From Octopus vulgaris (lineage: Eukaryota), in assembly GCA_951406725.2 (NCBI GenBank), contig OX597814.1:143468001-143532000 (forward strand): a stretch of DNA of 64,000 bases, in the 5' to 3' direction. This document shows, piece after piece, positions 39,904 through 52,748 of the stretch. Every line of letters begins with the position of its first letter. Positions within the stretch are counted from its first letter, which is position 1. The notes beneath the pieces are model-generated. The model did not search any database, was not told the DNA's origin, and saw only the letters and a program-made list of their open reading frames with translations. The position numbers and the translations under genes were made by a program.

Positions 39904-40443
39904 CAATACAAATAATACTAAGAGAGTGTATGAGGACCGCAAGTTTAATATCTTTTGAGTCCTTAAAATATTTAGAACCTTTCGTCAAGTTTGGTGCCTG
40001 AATGATTTTAGTGGAGTCCTTTATCCTGCAAATTTTCGGCTAGATCTGTGATTAAAGCCGAATTCCTTCCTTGTCTCCGATCAGTCTCAGAGAACACTCA
40101 AATGAGTCATGGACACTGTTATTCTTCAAGTCACTAAAACATTTAAAAACGCTCCAGTAATGGGTAAGTTCACAGCAAGCCAATCTGCTACTCGATCTCA
40201 ATTATGAACTATAGACATTTTACATTACACAGTTCTTGATACACAGGAGAATAAATTAACATTAAATATTCCTATTTGTGAGTCTAAAATTATACACCGG
40301 CTTGTAAACAACCGGTGGGCCAATCATACATCGCTGTTTCATTGCCTCGCGAATGTCATTTTATGCTCTTAGATGGCTCTGTAAAGTAAGGGAGGACATA
40401 AGTTGTTACGCTAATTCTGCATTAACCCTTGTGACACACACAT

Positions 40444-40482
<39 letters not shown>

Positions 40483-40527
40483 GATATAGATATATGTATG
40501 TAGGTCTGAGTACACACACACACACAC

Positions 40528-40562
<35 letters not shown>

Positions 40563-41273
40563 AACAGACGTACATATATCTCAACAATATAAAATGTTGA
40601 ACAAATGATACATTAAAACTCTTCTATAATCGATGTCATTTAGAAAAAAAAAGTCTTTTCAAATAATATCAACAACATATATTCGTATTCAATGTTTTAT
40701 ATGGCGCTGAAAATATCTTCCAATGAAATTCAAAGCAGTTAAATAATGTTATATAGAAGTTAGATAATCAATAATTTTTAAAACATATCAATTCAAAAGC
40801 CTTATCGTGTTAACACCTGAAACATGAATTAAGTAATATATTGATTTTTATTTCTATTTTAATTTTTTATTACGTAGCCAGAACGTGGGGAGGCATGCGG
40901 TCATGACAATTTTCAAGGAGGCCAAGGTGGGAGGAAAGAATGGAGGAGGAGGTTATCCTTCACTGGACACCTAAATAGAATGCTGCCAATTAAATGGATT
41001 CTAAAGAAACCGACTGAGACCTTCGACGAATTATATCTACTACGTAGTAGCAGGAACAATACCTGCTAGAAGATTGCTTAGAGTTTTGCCTAACAATATT
41101 CACTCAATCGTCTTTGGTCAAAAGAAAACTTCCTCTGTGTGCTTCCTTACAGAATTGAACCCTGAATTGCATACTTACGAAGCAAATTTCTGGAGTAAAC
41201 AGTCATACCCAGCTAAGGTTAAAAATAAACACCCCCAAAATAAAATAGTGGCTTTGGCAGTCAAGTGTATTTC

Positions 41274-41498
41274 TTTCTTTCTTTATTGCCTACAAGGGGA
41301 TAAACATAGAGGGGACAGACAAAGTGATTAAGTCGATTACATTGACCACAGTGCGTAACTAGTACTTTACTTATCGACCTCGAAAGGATGAAAGGCAAAG
41401 TCGACAGCGGTGGAATTTGAACTCAGAACGTAACGGCAGACGAAATACCACTAAGCATTTCGCCCGGCGTGCTAACGTTTCTGCCAGCTCGCCGCCTT
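41274..41498 (-). mobile_element. SINE family A with TSD
   Basis: Flanks ctttggcagtcaagtgtatttc / ctttgcagtcgagtgtatttc. Confidence 0.9.
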
Positions 41499-41969
41499 CT
41501 TTGCAGTCGAGTGTATTTCGTAATGACCTACAAAATGTGAAATGTCAAACATGGAAATCTAAACGATGTTACAGATTTTAACTACCCAGCCTTTTGCCTT
41601 TTACTCTATGGCGACAGTCATGAGGATTACTATTCGTTTTCTCCTTCATTGTTATTATCATTTAACCGCAGGTCAGTTCACATAATGCAGACCTATAACC
41701 AAACGTGTTCTACTCGTTCGGCCTTATAGATATAGTGAGTCGCATGTAAAACTTGTCAAATGTGTCATACTTTATATAGGACTGAAACGTGAGATTAAAG
41801 AGAGATACGATCACGTAGACGCTTCTACATTATTGCATCATCTAGATGCTTCCTTCTTATCTAGCTGTTAACTGAATGTTTACTCTTCCTTTAGAGCATT
41901 TATTAATATGCTATTTCTATTACGACGTTGTTACTGCATTGACCGTTCATCAGACATAACATAAGTAGC

Positions 41970-42120
41970 TTCTTCTTCTTCTTCTTCTTCTTCTTCTTCT
42001 TCTTCTTCTTCTTCTTCTTCTTCTTCTTCTTCTTCTTCTCCTCCTCCTCCTCCTCCTCCTCCTCCTTCTTCTTCTTCTTCTTCTTCTTCTTCTTCTTCTT
42101 CTTCTTCTTCTTCTTCTTCT
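41970..42120. repeat. (CTT)n/(CCT)n microsatellite
   Basis: Directly visible. Confidence 0.95.
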
Positions 42121-43961
42121 CACTCGACAAAACGTATGAACATTAAGAAGACGCGGAGAAATACACCAATAGACTAGAACAGGTAAAAGTTTCATTCAAT
42201 AGACCACAATACTTTTGAGGTCTTACAGAAGAAGAAAACTTGTCGATGAAAAGACAGATTAAAGCGCATACCTTCAGTCAAAGCTGAATTCTGTTTGAAA
42301 AACACCTGACAAGATAGTAATTTTGTGGGATACACTCATAAGTCCGGATATCCAAGTTATTTTCCACTCGGAAACCTTAGATCAGAAACACTCCAGCATC
42401 CCAAAAAGGACTGAAGGTTTTACAATAATACTTATTTGTCCGGGACGGAGAAGAACCCGGTAAAATCTGAAACGTCCACCAAAACTAGACTTCTGGTAGA
42501 TGGTGAAATGCGTGCCTTTGGATGATCCTAGCATGCTGCTACAAAAATATTCCGAACAGAAAAAAAGGGTTGTTTTGGCTGTTGGAGATTCTAATTCAAG
42601 TAAAATCCTGGATCACTGGCTAAAATACCTGACCTAATAGAAATCTAAGAAGGGCATTAACAGCAAATGGTAGGAGGGAACAGAAGGTCTCGATGATACA
42701 ACTGGAAACACAAATCATATCAAGGTTTACTGCCCCCCCCCTCAACACAAAATACAGCATCCACTACTGCCAATACCACAATATCAGCACCACCACCAGC
42801 AGCGACTACAATTGGACAGCTACAATTACAGCATGCAACTTCAGCAACAGTGATAGCAACACCAGTTACAAGACTAAAAGCAGCACCTACAACAACAAAA
42901 ACAACGACAACACCAAAAGTGAAAACAACTATAACAGTAACAAAAAAGAAAACGAATCACCATCGTTAAGAGCCACCACATCACCAGGATCAACAACAGT
43001 AGCTGAAAGCTCCAAAGCAACAGTAAAACCAAGAGTGTGTTGAAAGAAATTCTTAGAGGTTTGGATGATTCACCTTTCGAAACAGGGTGGTTCGTTCAAC
43101 ATCCTTAAAAATCCTTATTCAGGGACCTTTTGAGCAGGGTGCGCTACTCGACCAGAAGAAAATTCTAACTGGGCTCCACCTGCAAGATTTACTGTATGTG
43201 AAGGCCCTTGAAACACCCCAAATGGTTAGGTGTGATTCCTTCACGATCACAAGATCGGGAATTCGATTACCAGACCAAGCAGTGTGTTGTTTTCTTGAGC
43301 AAAACAGGGCCTTCCATGTTGCTCCATCCACTCACTTGTGAATGAGTAATCCTGAAACGGCCAGGCGTCCGTACAGGAGTTTTGTTATGATTTTGGCTGC
43401 TTATACGCCACAGAGACTGGATAAGCCAATAAGTTCTAAGAATCGAGGCCGTAATGTCCAGTGGTTCTTAACGACATCGATGATGATGATGATGATGATG
43501 AGCAGAAGCTAAACGTTTCTCATGTGAAGAAGATTTACCTTCTATTTCTGAGAGCCGTGCATCTATGTAGGCTTTCCTTCGTTGGCTTATATTCAAAAGA
43601 GTGTTAAATCAAAGAAATTATGCCATTGAAGTAACTTGCAAAGTAGCGCACACACCCCTATACGCACACACGCATACACACATACACACGTATGTATATA
43701 CTGACGCTTTCTGGAGTTAGCACTCTTAAAGACTTTGTTTGATGTCTAGATTCATTCTTTTGAAATGTGGAAATCTAAAGGTGAACATCCACGTCTACAT
43801 CAACATGATAATCGAATTCCGTTTTTTTCTTTCGCAAAAGCCTACTGTTGTGGAATCAACAATTTTATATCTAACCCAGATTAAGAAACCTTCTTGGCGT
43901 CAGATGTTAGATAATCAAAAGTAGTCCAACTTAAATTGCGCTTAACTACTGGAGCAAAATA

Positions 43962-44134
43962 TCTGATTAATTTCCAGTTATAAGCAATTACACTTAAGTA
44001 ATTAAAAACCAACGTTCCTCAAGATGTAAAATGTTTCTTTCCAGTTGCCAAATATTAAATAAATAGATTTTTAGAAAAATATGCTCATATGTCTACGCAC
44101 GTAACAATTCGAACTTTAGAAAAATAATAACAGC

Positions 44135-44181
<47 letters not shown>

Positions 44182-44398
44182 TAATCCTTTCTACTAAAGG
44201 CACAAAAGAATCACTTTATGGGGACGGGAGTAGTCGATTACACCGACACAGTTCTCCACTGGTACTTAATTTATCGACGCCAAAAGGATGAAAGGTAAAG
44301 TCGACTTCGACAGAATTTGAACTCAGAGCGTAAGGACGGGCGAAATGCCGCTAAGCATTGTGTCCGGAGTGCATACGATTCTGTCAGTTCGCCGTCTT
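43962..44398. repeat. Second copy of the duplicated segment at 22892-23350
   Basis: Same unique sequence, (AAT)n run and adjacent antisense family-A SINE. Confidence 0.85.
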
Positions 44399-44582
44399 TG
44401 CGGGGCATGATGTAGAGTGTCAGTTGTTCACAGCCATCAGACTTAGGTGACACTTCTTTACTGGTCAACAAGTGTCACTTTAGCCCGCCGGCTGTGGTCA
44501 CCTGATACTTTCCATCATACCCAGCAAAATAATAATAATAATCTATTATTAGTATCATCAACATTATTATTATTATTATTAC

Positions 44583-46309
44583 TTTTTTTTTCTTCTTTCA
44601 AATTTGCTTCCATTCCTTGCCGAGTGTCTTCCCGAATCCTAGGGCAAAGAAACTCATAATATACATTGGTAGGCCATTAAACCAAACTCAATAGTTCGTT
44701 CATTTTTTTTTTTTTTTTTTAAAGTTAAATTAAAATACATGAGCAGTAACAGTTCTCACATCGACAATGCTCTTCTCAATACGTGTGATGTACCAGCTAA
44801 GACAATCTTTTGCACTTCTTGCAGGGATGGTAAGCCAGGGATCATTCTCATATAATTTTCGGTTCCCTTCTTGATCATTCCTAGTGCTCCTACGATCACT
44901 GGTATTGTAACCGCCTTGAGATGCCACATTTTCTCAATTTCAATGAGTAGGTCTTTATATTTTCTGAGATTGTCAAACTCTTTCGCTGAGATATTATGAT
45001 CACAGGGGATGCTCATGTCGATCAATAAGCAAACTTTATTGTTTCGGTCTTTCACAACAATATCTGGTTTATTGGCCTTGATGGTTCGGTCTGTATGTAC
45101 TGGAAAGTCCCACAGAATGGTTACATTTTCTCCTTCAGTTACAGCCTCAGGGTGGTGATTATACCACTTGTCGGCAGTTTTGATATTGTAATGCCGACTT
45201 ATTAGCCAGTGGAGATATTGGCCAACTCTGTCATGTCTTAATTTATACTCCACTGGTGCTAAGACTTTACATCCAGAGATTAGGTGGTCCACTGTTTCAA
45301 TCATGTCGTTGCAGAATCGGCATTTTGGATCTGCTCCATTTTTCATCACATTGGCCTGGTAGTTCTGGGTTAATAGGCTTTGATCTTGAGCAGCCAGGAT
45401 GAAACCTTCGCTCTCTGCTTTTAGCCCTGAGCTCCGTAGCCACTGATGGGTTTGCTTCTGGTCAACATCAGCTTGTTTGCTGCGGGTCACATATTTGCCG
45501 TGCAGAGGTTTCTCCTCCCACCTATCAGCCAATTGCTCGTGCGCTTTTTTCATTGCCATCATTTTCACCTTCTTTGCAACAATAGTTGCCGTACTTCCCT
45601 CGGGTTGTTCAGTTTGGGTATCCTGCACGAGATCAATAGCAAATTTTTTGCTTTCTTTTATGATAGAATGAAGCTTCTTTCGTCTCTCGTGATTTTCCAC
45701 GAGCTTTAGCATCCAGTCATTCGATATTTCGAGATATTTGGCCAGTCCAATTGTGGTTGTTTTGTAAGCTAGTTCAAATTGGATCAGGCCTCGACCTCCT
45801 TGGGCTCCGGGAAGGTAAAGGCGATCTACGTCTGCCTTTGGGTGGTGCATCCTATTACAACTCAGCAGCTTGCGTATTTTCCTATCTATATTCTTTACTT
45901 CACTCATATTCCAGTTCAACACATTGTAGCTATAAGTAACAACTGGAACTGCTAAGGAATTTATAGCTAACACCTTGTTACGTGCATTTAGTTCAGATTT
46001 CAGGACTGCACGAACTCTCCTATAACATTCCTTCCTGATTTTCTCTTTCATGCTTGCATGCTGAATACCAGAGCCTTCATTTATCCCTAAATATTTGTAT
46101 GTTTGTTCTTGCTCAAGCTCTCTTATGACTGTGTCAACATCTAACACGACTGAATTTGTGGTCTTCACTTTCCCTTTCTGGAAAGTGGCCTTGGCACACT
46201 TCTCAAGTCCAAACTCCATCCCGATGTCATCGCTGAATGCTTTCACGGTGCGCAATAGGCCTTCAAGTTCATTATTGTCTTTACCATAAAGTTTTAAGTC
46301 ATCCATATA
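44583..46309 (-). mobile_element. R4/Dong-clade non-LTR retrotransposon, 5'-truncated copy 1, in (TAA)n
   Basis: Open frame from YMDDLKLY through YKYLG, GGRGL, the CCHC finger CRFC..ETVDHLISGC, RHD and the RLE nuclease KPDIVV..IDMSIP.D..KY to the stop at 44756. 3' UTR plus A-rich tail; TAA repeats on both sides. Confidence 0.93.
44756..46309 (-). CDS. RT (C-terminal half) + CCHC zinc finger + restriction-like endonuclease; 5'-truncated, no native start
   Basis: ORF 44756-46357. Its first residues (MEANLKEEKKNNNN) come from the neighbouring copy's 3' UTR and the TAA repeat. Confidence 0.85.
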   Translation of the reverse strand, partial: YMDDLKLYGKDNNELEGLLRTVKAFSDDIGMEFGLEKCAKATFQKGKVKTTNSVVLDVDTVIRELEQEQTYKYLGINEGSGIQHASMKEKIRKECYRRVRAVLKSELNARNKVLAINSLAVPVVTYSYNVLNWNMSEVKNIDRKIRKLLSCNRMHHPKADVDRLYLPGAQGGRGLIQFELAYKTTTIGLAKYLEISNDWMLKLVENHERRKKLHSIIKESKKFAIDLVQDTQTEQPEGSTATIVAKKVKMMAMKKAHEQLADRWEEKPLHGKYVTRSKQADVDQKQTHQWLRSSGLKAESEGFILAAQDQSLLTQNYQANVMKNGADPKCRFCNDMIETVDHLISGCKVLAPVEYKLRHDRVGQYLHWLISRHYNIKTADKWYNHHPEAVTEGENVTILWDFPVHTDRTIKANKPDIVVKDRNNKVCLLIDMSIPCDHNISAKEFDNLRKYKDLLIEIEKMWHLKAVTIPVIVGALGMIKKGTENYMRMIPGLPSLQEVQKIVLAGTSHVLRRALSM

Positions 46310-46326
46310 ATTATTATTATTATTAT

Positions 46327-47391
46327 TTTTTTTTTCTTCTTTCAAATTTGCTTCCATTTCTTGCCGAGTGTCTTCCCGACTCCTAGGGCAAAGAAACTCA
46401 TATTATACATTGGTAGGCCATTAAACCAAACTCAATAGTTCGTTCACTTTTTTTTATTTTTTTTTATTTTAAGTTAAATTAAAATACATGAGCAGCAACA
46501 GTTCTCACATCGACAATGCTCTTCTCAATACGTGTGATGTACCAGCTAAGACAATCTTTTGCACTTCTTGCAGGGATGGTAAGCCAGGGATCATTCTCAT
46601 ATAATTTTCGGTTCCCTTCTTGATCATTCCTAGTGCTCCTACGATCACTGGTATTGTAACCGCCTTGAGATGCCACATTTTCTCAATTTCAATGAGTAGG
46701 TCTTTATATTTTCTGAGCTTGTCAAACTCTTTCGCTTAGATATTATGATCACAGGGGATGCTCATGTCGATCAATAAGCAAACTTTATTGTTTTGGTCTT
46801 TTACAACAATATCTGGTTTATTGGCCTTGATGGTTCGGTCTGTATGTACTGGAAAGTCCCACAGAATGGTTACATTTTCTCCTTCAGTTACAGCCTCAGG
46901 GTGGTGATTATACCACTTGTCGGCAGTTTTGATATTGTAATGCCGACTTATTAGCCAGTGGAGATATTGGCCAACTCTGTCATGTCTTAATTTATACTCC
47001 ACTGGTGCTAAGACTTTACATCCAGAGACTAGGTGGTCCACTGTTTCAATCATGTCGTTGCAGAATCGGCATTTTGGGTACGCTCCATTTTTCATCACAT
47101 TGGCCTGGTAGTTCCGGGTTAATAGGCTTTGATCTTGAGCAGCCAGGATGAGACCTGCGCTCTCTGCTTTTAGCCCTGAGCTCCGTAGCCACTGATGGGT
47201 TTGCTTCTGGTCAACATCAACTTGTTTGCTGCGGGTCACATATTTGCCGTGCAGAGGTTTCTCCTCCCACCTATCAGCCAATTGCTCGTGCGCTTTTTTC
47301 ATTGCCATCATTTTCACCTTCTTTGCAACAATAGTTGCCGTACTTCCCTCGGGTTGTTCAGTTTGGGTATCCTGCACGAGATCAATAGCAA

Positions 47392-47393
<2 letters not shown>
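46327..47393 (-). mobile_element. R4/Dong-clade retrotransposon, 5'-truncated copy 2
   Basis: Near-identical to the 3' portion of copy 1, including the 3' UTR. Premature stop at 46736. Flanked by (TAA)n. Confidence 0.93.
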
Positions 47394-47474
<81 letters not shown>

Positions 47475-47503
47475 CATTATCATCATCATCATCATCATCA
47501 TCA

Positions 47504-47550
<47 letters not shown>

Positions 47551-47600
47551 GTTATTATTATTATTATTATTATCATTATTATTATTATTATTATTATTAT

Positions 47601-48155
47601 TGAGTGAGAGAGCAGTGCATGCCTTCAAAGTGACACAGGGGTAAAATATACGAAGCCCTGTATAACCATCATGACTACCCGTCTGATAAGGGTACACCAG
47701 GCACATGCATCACAACCATATGTGCGCGACATGGTGATCTCATATCAAGATAAACAGTGCATGACCTTGCAGGTGGGGCCCAGTTAGAATTTTCTTCAGG
47801 TCGAGTAGCCCATCCTGCTCAAAAGGCCTCTGAATAAAGATTGTTGAAGGATCTTGAACGAACCACCCATATTTCCAAAGGTGAATTATCCAAACCTCTA
47901 AGAATTCCTTTCAACACACGGCTAGAATGCTCCCCCACTACTTCTGCTTGTGATCAGAGATACACATATCGTTAGCCACTAAGGGACATGGTCAACTGTT
48001 TAAGGTCAAACAACTGACAAGCAAATCTGTGGTATTGAGCAGAATATTTGCTGTAGCCCATCTTTTATACCAAGACAAAACAATGTACATGATAACACTT
48101 CCAATCAGTTAAGATCAGAAGCCATGAGAGCCACTGCCTGGTCCTGAATCCGGGT
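47601..48155 (-). mobile_element. ~550-bp non-coding element inserted in (TAA)n
   Basis: Copies at 48816-49547, 49673-50116 (diverged), 60969-61071 (partial) and 43030-43186 (inverted fragment). The strand is inferred from the TAA orientation of the R4 copies. Confidence 0.85.
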
Positions 48156-48287
48156 ATTATTATTATTATTATTATTATTATTGATGTTATTGTTGTTGTT
48201 GTTTTTGTCGTCGTTGTTGTTGTTATTGTTGTTGTTGTTGCTGCTGCTGCTGTTGTTGTTGTTGTTGTTGTTGTTCTTCTTCTTCTT

Positions 48288-48359
<72 letters not shown>

Positions 48360-48360
<1 letters not shown>

Positions 48361-48635
48361 TATGTTTGACTTTTGCTTTATATTTGTACAAGTTGGCTCC
48401 AAGTCTCACCCAGAGACCTCAAGAGACAACAGGGTTGGAAGTTCATGTTGTTGTTATGCCTAGTGTGCCATATATTTGGGGGGTGGGGATGTTGTACTAA
48501 TGAATGTCTAAAAAAAAAAAAGTTTTTTTTTTTTTTTTTTTAAACCGAAAATTATGGTTGTTTTAAACCTTGAGGTTACATAGAGAGTATTTTGCGTAGG
48601 ATATGAGCAGTTCCCATGAGCACTATCTTTTGAAC

Positions 48636-48637
<2 letters not shown>
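48360..48637 (-). mobile_element. 3' end of a second R4/Dong family, in (TAA)n
   Basis: The minus strand encodes VQKIVLMGTAHILRKILSM* (copy 1 has VQKIVLAGTSHVLRRALSM*), followed by a different 3' UTR. The UTR recurs at 50209-50311. Confidence 0.85.
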
Positions 48638-48697
<60 letters not shown>

Positions 48698-48751
48698 TAG
48701 TTTTATTTTTATTTTTATAGCGTGCTTATTATTTATTATTTTATAGCGTGC

Positions 48752-48815
<64 letters not shown>

Positions 48816-48816
<1 letters not shown>

Positions 48817-49547
48817 GAGTGAGAGAGCAGTTCATGGCGTAAAATATACGAAGTCCAATATACCCATCATGACTACCCGTCTGATAAGGGTACACCAGGC
48901 ACATACACCAGGGGTAAAATATACGAAGCCCTGTATAACCATCATGACTACCCGTCTGATAAGGGTACACCAGGCACATGCATCACAACCATATGTGCGC
49001 GACATGGTGATCTCATATCAAGATAAACAGCACATGACCTTGCAGGTGGGGCCCAGTTAGAATTTTCTTCAGGTTGAGTAGCCCATCCTGCTCAAAAGGT
49101 CCCTGAATAAAGATGGTTGAAGGATCTTGAAAGAACCACCCATATTTCCAGAGGTGAATTATTCAAACCCCAAAGAATCCCTCTCAACACATGGCTATGA
49201 TGCTCCCCCACTACTTCTGCTCGTGATCAGCGATGCACATATCGTCAGCCACTAAGGGACATGGTCAACTGTTTAAGGTCAAACAACTGACAAGCAAATC
49301 TGTGGTATTGAGCAGAATATTTGCTGTAGCCCATCTTTTATACCAAGACAAAACAATGTACATGATAACACTTCCAATCAGTTAAGATCAGAAGCCATGA
49401 GAGCCACTGCCTGGTACTGCATTCGGGCAACTGCCTGGTACTGCATCAGGGCATTACCTGGTACTGCATCAGGGCATTACCTGGTACTGCATCAGGGCAA
49501 CTGCCTGGTACTGCATCAGGGCAACTGCCTGGTACTGCATTAGGGCT
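48816..49547 (-). mobile_element. TAA-embedded non-coding element with an internal duplication and terminal tandem repeats
   Basis: Matches 47601-48155. The block aaaatatacgaag..gggtacaccaggcac is duplicated. The ~24-bp unit ctgcctggtactgcatcagggcaa is repeated about 6 times at 49407-49547. Confidence 0.85.
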
Positions 49548-49551
49548 ATTA

Positions 49552-49601
<50 letters not shown>

Positions 49602-50151
49602 CCGTCAACATCGACTTTGACCTTCAGTTTTTTGGGGTCGTTAAAGTAAGTACCAGTGAAGAAGTGAAGTCGTGCATCACAACCATATGTGCGCGACATG
49701 GCAATCTTATGTGAATATAAAGTGTATGACCTTGCAGGTGGGGCCCAGGTACAATTTTTCTTTAGGTCGAGTAGCCCACCCCGCTGAAGAGGTTCTTGAA
49801 TAAGGGTTGTTTAAAGATTATGAACAAAACACCCATGCTTCCAGGGTTGAATTATCCCAACCCAAAAGAATCCCTTTCAACACGTGGTTATTATGCTGCT
49901 CCTGCTCGTGATCAGAGATGCACATATATCGCCAGACACTAAGAGACATGATCAACTAGTTAAAGTCCAGTAACTGATAGGTAAATCTGTGGTATTGAGC
50001 AGAATATTTGCTGTAGCCCATCTTTTATACCAAGACAAAATAAGTACATGTTAACGCTTAACACATGTTAAGATCAGAAGTCAGGAGATCAACTGCCTAG
50101 TATTGCATTAGGACAAATATTATTATTATTATCATTATTATTATTATTATT

Positions 50152-50205
<54 letters not shown>

Positions 50206-50310
50206 ATTCTGTTTGACTTTTGCTGCACAAGCTGGCTCCAAGTCTCACCCAGAGACCTCAAGAGACAACAAGTTGGAAGTTCATGTTGGTGTTATGCCTA
50301 GGGTGCCATA

Positions 50311-50370
<60 letters not shown>

Positions 50371-50386
50371 CATTATTATTATTATT

Positions 50387-50945
50387 AAGGCGTTGAGCTG
50401 GCAGAATCATTATCTCGCCGATCTAAGTTCAAATTACGCCGAAGTCGACTTTGCCTTTCAACCTTCCGAGTTGATTAAATAAGTACCAGTTACACACTGG
50501 GGTCGATGTAATCGACTTAATCCCTTCTACCAAATTTGAGGCCCTAGGCAGCAAGCTGGCAGAATCGTTAGCATGCCGGGCGAAATGCTTAGCGGTATTT
50601 CATCTGCCGTTACGTTCTGAGTTCAAATTCTGCCGAGGTCGACTTTGTCTTTCATCCTTTCGGGGTCGATTAAATAAGTAGCAGTTACGCACTGGGGTCG
50701 ATATAATCGACTTAATCCGTTTGTCTGTCCTTGTTTCTCTCCTCTGTGTTTAGTCCCTTGTGGGTAGTAAATAAAATAGGTATTTCGGTTGCCTCGACGT
50801 TCTTAGTTGAAATTGTGCCGAGGTGGGCACTTTCCCTCTCATTCTTTCAGGGTCGATGAAATAAGTCCCAGATGAGCACTGTGGTCGCCATAATCGACTA
50901 TCACCATACCCCATATTTCAAGCCTTGTGCCTATAATAGAAAGGA
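50387..50945 (+). mobile_element. Nested cluster of family-A SINEs
   Basis: Three successive head/body units. Confidence 0.85.
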
Positions 50946-51655
50946 TTATTATTGTTATTGTCATTATCGTTGTTATCATTATTGTTGTTTATCTCTGAGG
51001 TAAGTTAAGTTTTCTTCAGGGTTCTCTTTCACTAGCTGCTCTTAGTACTACTGTATCATTACTCAAATCTGTAGTTCTGTGACTATTTGTGACAGCGAGG
51101 GGTTCGCTTCTGTGATGTGGTATCTATTTATTGTCGTGTACACTGAGTCATTCTAGAGTTAAGTGTTTACTATGGAGGGCTTAGCATGGAATACAAACCA
51201 TCGATCTTGCGTAGGGTTATCTGCTACCTTATCTGATTGGCCTGTCATGTTTTCAATATATTTGGAAAATATCTTGTAGAAATTATATTGCTTTCATGCG
51301 ATGACATCGTTTCCTTATTATTCCTTTACTTAATTGTGTTTTACTTCTTTTCTTATTTACACCTGCGAAGAATCATATCACATAAAACGTATTTCGTAAG
51401 GTTACAATAAATCAAAATAATAATCAAAAATACAAATCAAAATAGCCATATTTGCTTACATATCAGCTGTGCCTTTTCGCGAAAATATATGACCGCCAAT
51501 AAAACTAAAGAGATGAGATAGGTTCATTTTGTTATTGGTTTACTTGTTTAGTTCCAGATTAATAAATATCGAAGAGAACTTAGATCAAAGATATTCAACC
51601 CTTGCCAATTCCGTTTTATGAGATACATTTCCTTTTAATATCTGGGATAACATGT

Positions 51656-52010
51656 AAGACGGCGAGTTGACAGAATCGTTAGCATGCCAGGCAAAATACT
51701 TAGTGACATTTCGTCTGTCTTTTACGGTCTGAGTTCAAATTCCACCGCGGGGTTGACAAAATAAGTATCAGTTGGACACTGGAGGTCGATGTAATTGACT
51801 TTATCCCCTAACACCACCCAAAATTTGTGGGATTGTGTCAAAATTTGAAACGGCGGTTAGCCGGCAGAATCGTTAGCACATAGGAGGAAATGTTTAGCGA
51901 TATTTCGTCCATCTTTACGTTCTGAGTTCAAATTCCTATTTGAACACCGAAGCCAATGGAATCAACTTACATTCCCCCCAAATGGCTGGCCTTGTGCCAA
52001 AATTTGAAAC
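51656..52010 (+). mobile_element. Two old family-A SINEs
   Basis: ggcgagttgacagaatcgttagc..., ggcggttagccggcagaatcgttagc... Confidence 0.75.
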
Positions 52011-52052
52011 AAATAATTAGAGCAATATTATGCAATGTAAAAAAAAAAAATA

Positions 52053-52282
52053 AACGCCCCCTTTTAAAGCCTAGCTAGGCTCATGGGCCCAGTTTCCCGG
52101 TTTCAGTAGCGTATCTGTTCACCAGCTGGATGAGACGCCTGTCCATCGCAGCGTTACTCATTTTTGCCATTTGAGTGCACTGGAGCAGCGTGAAATGAAG
52201 TGTTTTCCTCAAGAACACAACGCGTCGCCCGGTCCAGGAATCGAAACCACAATCTTACGATCATGATGCAGACACCCTAACC
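52053..52282 (-). mobile_element. tRNA-derived SINE (C-type head, alternative tail)
   Basis: Minus-strand ggaggtgcgtggcttagtggttaggg..ggtttcgattcctgg. The tail gaaaccgggaaactgggcccatgagcc is shared with 59333-59622. Confidence 0.85.
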
Positions 52283-52705
52283 ACTAAGCCACGCACCTCC
52301 ACTATTATGCAATTTACCCTCCCTATTTTTCAGACACCAGGTTGTGAGTTGAGATTTGGCTACTATTTCTTAATTTCGATTGATGTCGTACAGGCTCATT
52401 TCATGACTCGAGTGGAATGGCGAAAATACAGCCTAAACAATGGATAAAACGTTCCTATAAATGCAAAATTTTATCCAACAAATTTGTTAACATTAAATGC
52501 AATTAACATCCAAACAATAATAAGCATTATAATTGTGCAGTGAGGAAAATATAGCACTAGCTCAAAAGCTACTGTTGTCTTAATCATTTAACCATATAAG
52601 TATTACAAAGGCGGGTATGTTTTAATTATAAGCATAAACTTTACTGTTCTTAAGGAATTTGTGAGCTGAGTAATATAAAGTTAATATATAATATGGAAAA
52701 ATAAT

Positions 52706-52748
52706 GCTCCGATGATGAGGTCAAATAACACCGAAATCTATACAGAGT
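52706..52748 (+). ncRNA. Degenerate minimal hammerhead motif
   Basis: gctccg ATGATGA ggt-caaataac-acc GAAA tcta TA cagagt. C3 is mutated and stem I has one mismatch. Confidence 0.45.

Noticed and set aside
42130-42690. Possible very old RLE-LINE relic
   Set aside because: Only a vague resemblance; no motif could be read with confidence.
42693-43043. 116-aa T/N/S-rich ORF
   Set aside because: Decayed (CAA)n/(CAG)n low-complexity sequence with no splice or homology support.
47770-47830. HDV-like ribozyme in the TAA-embedded element
   Set aside because: Plausible by analogy with R2/R4 elements, but no double-pseudoknot could be assembled by eye.
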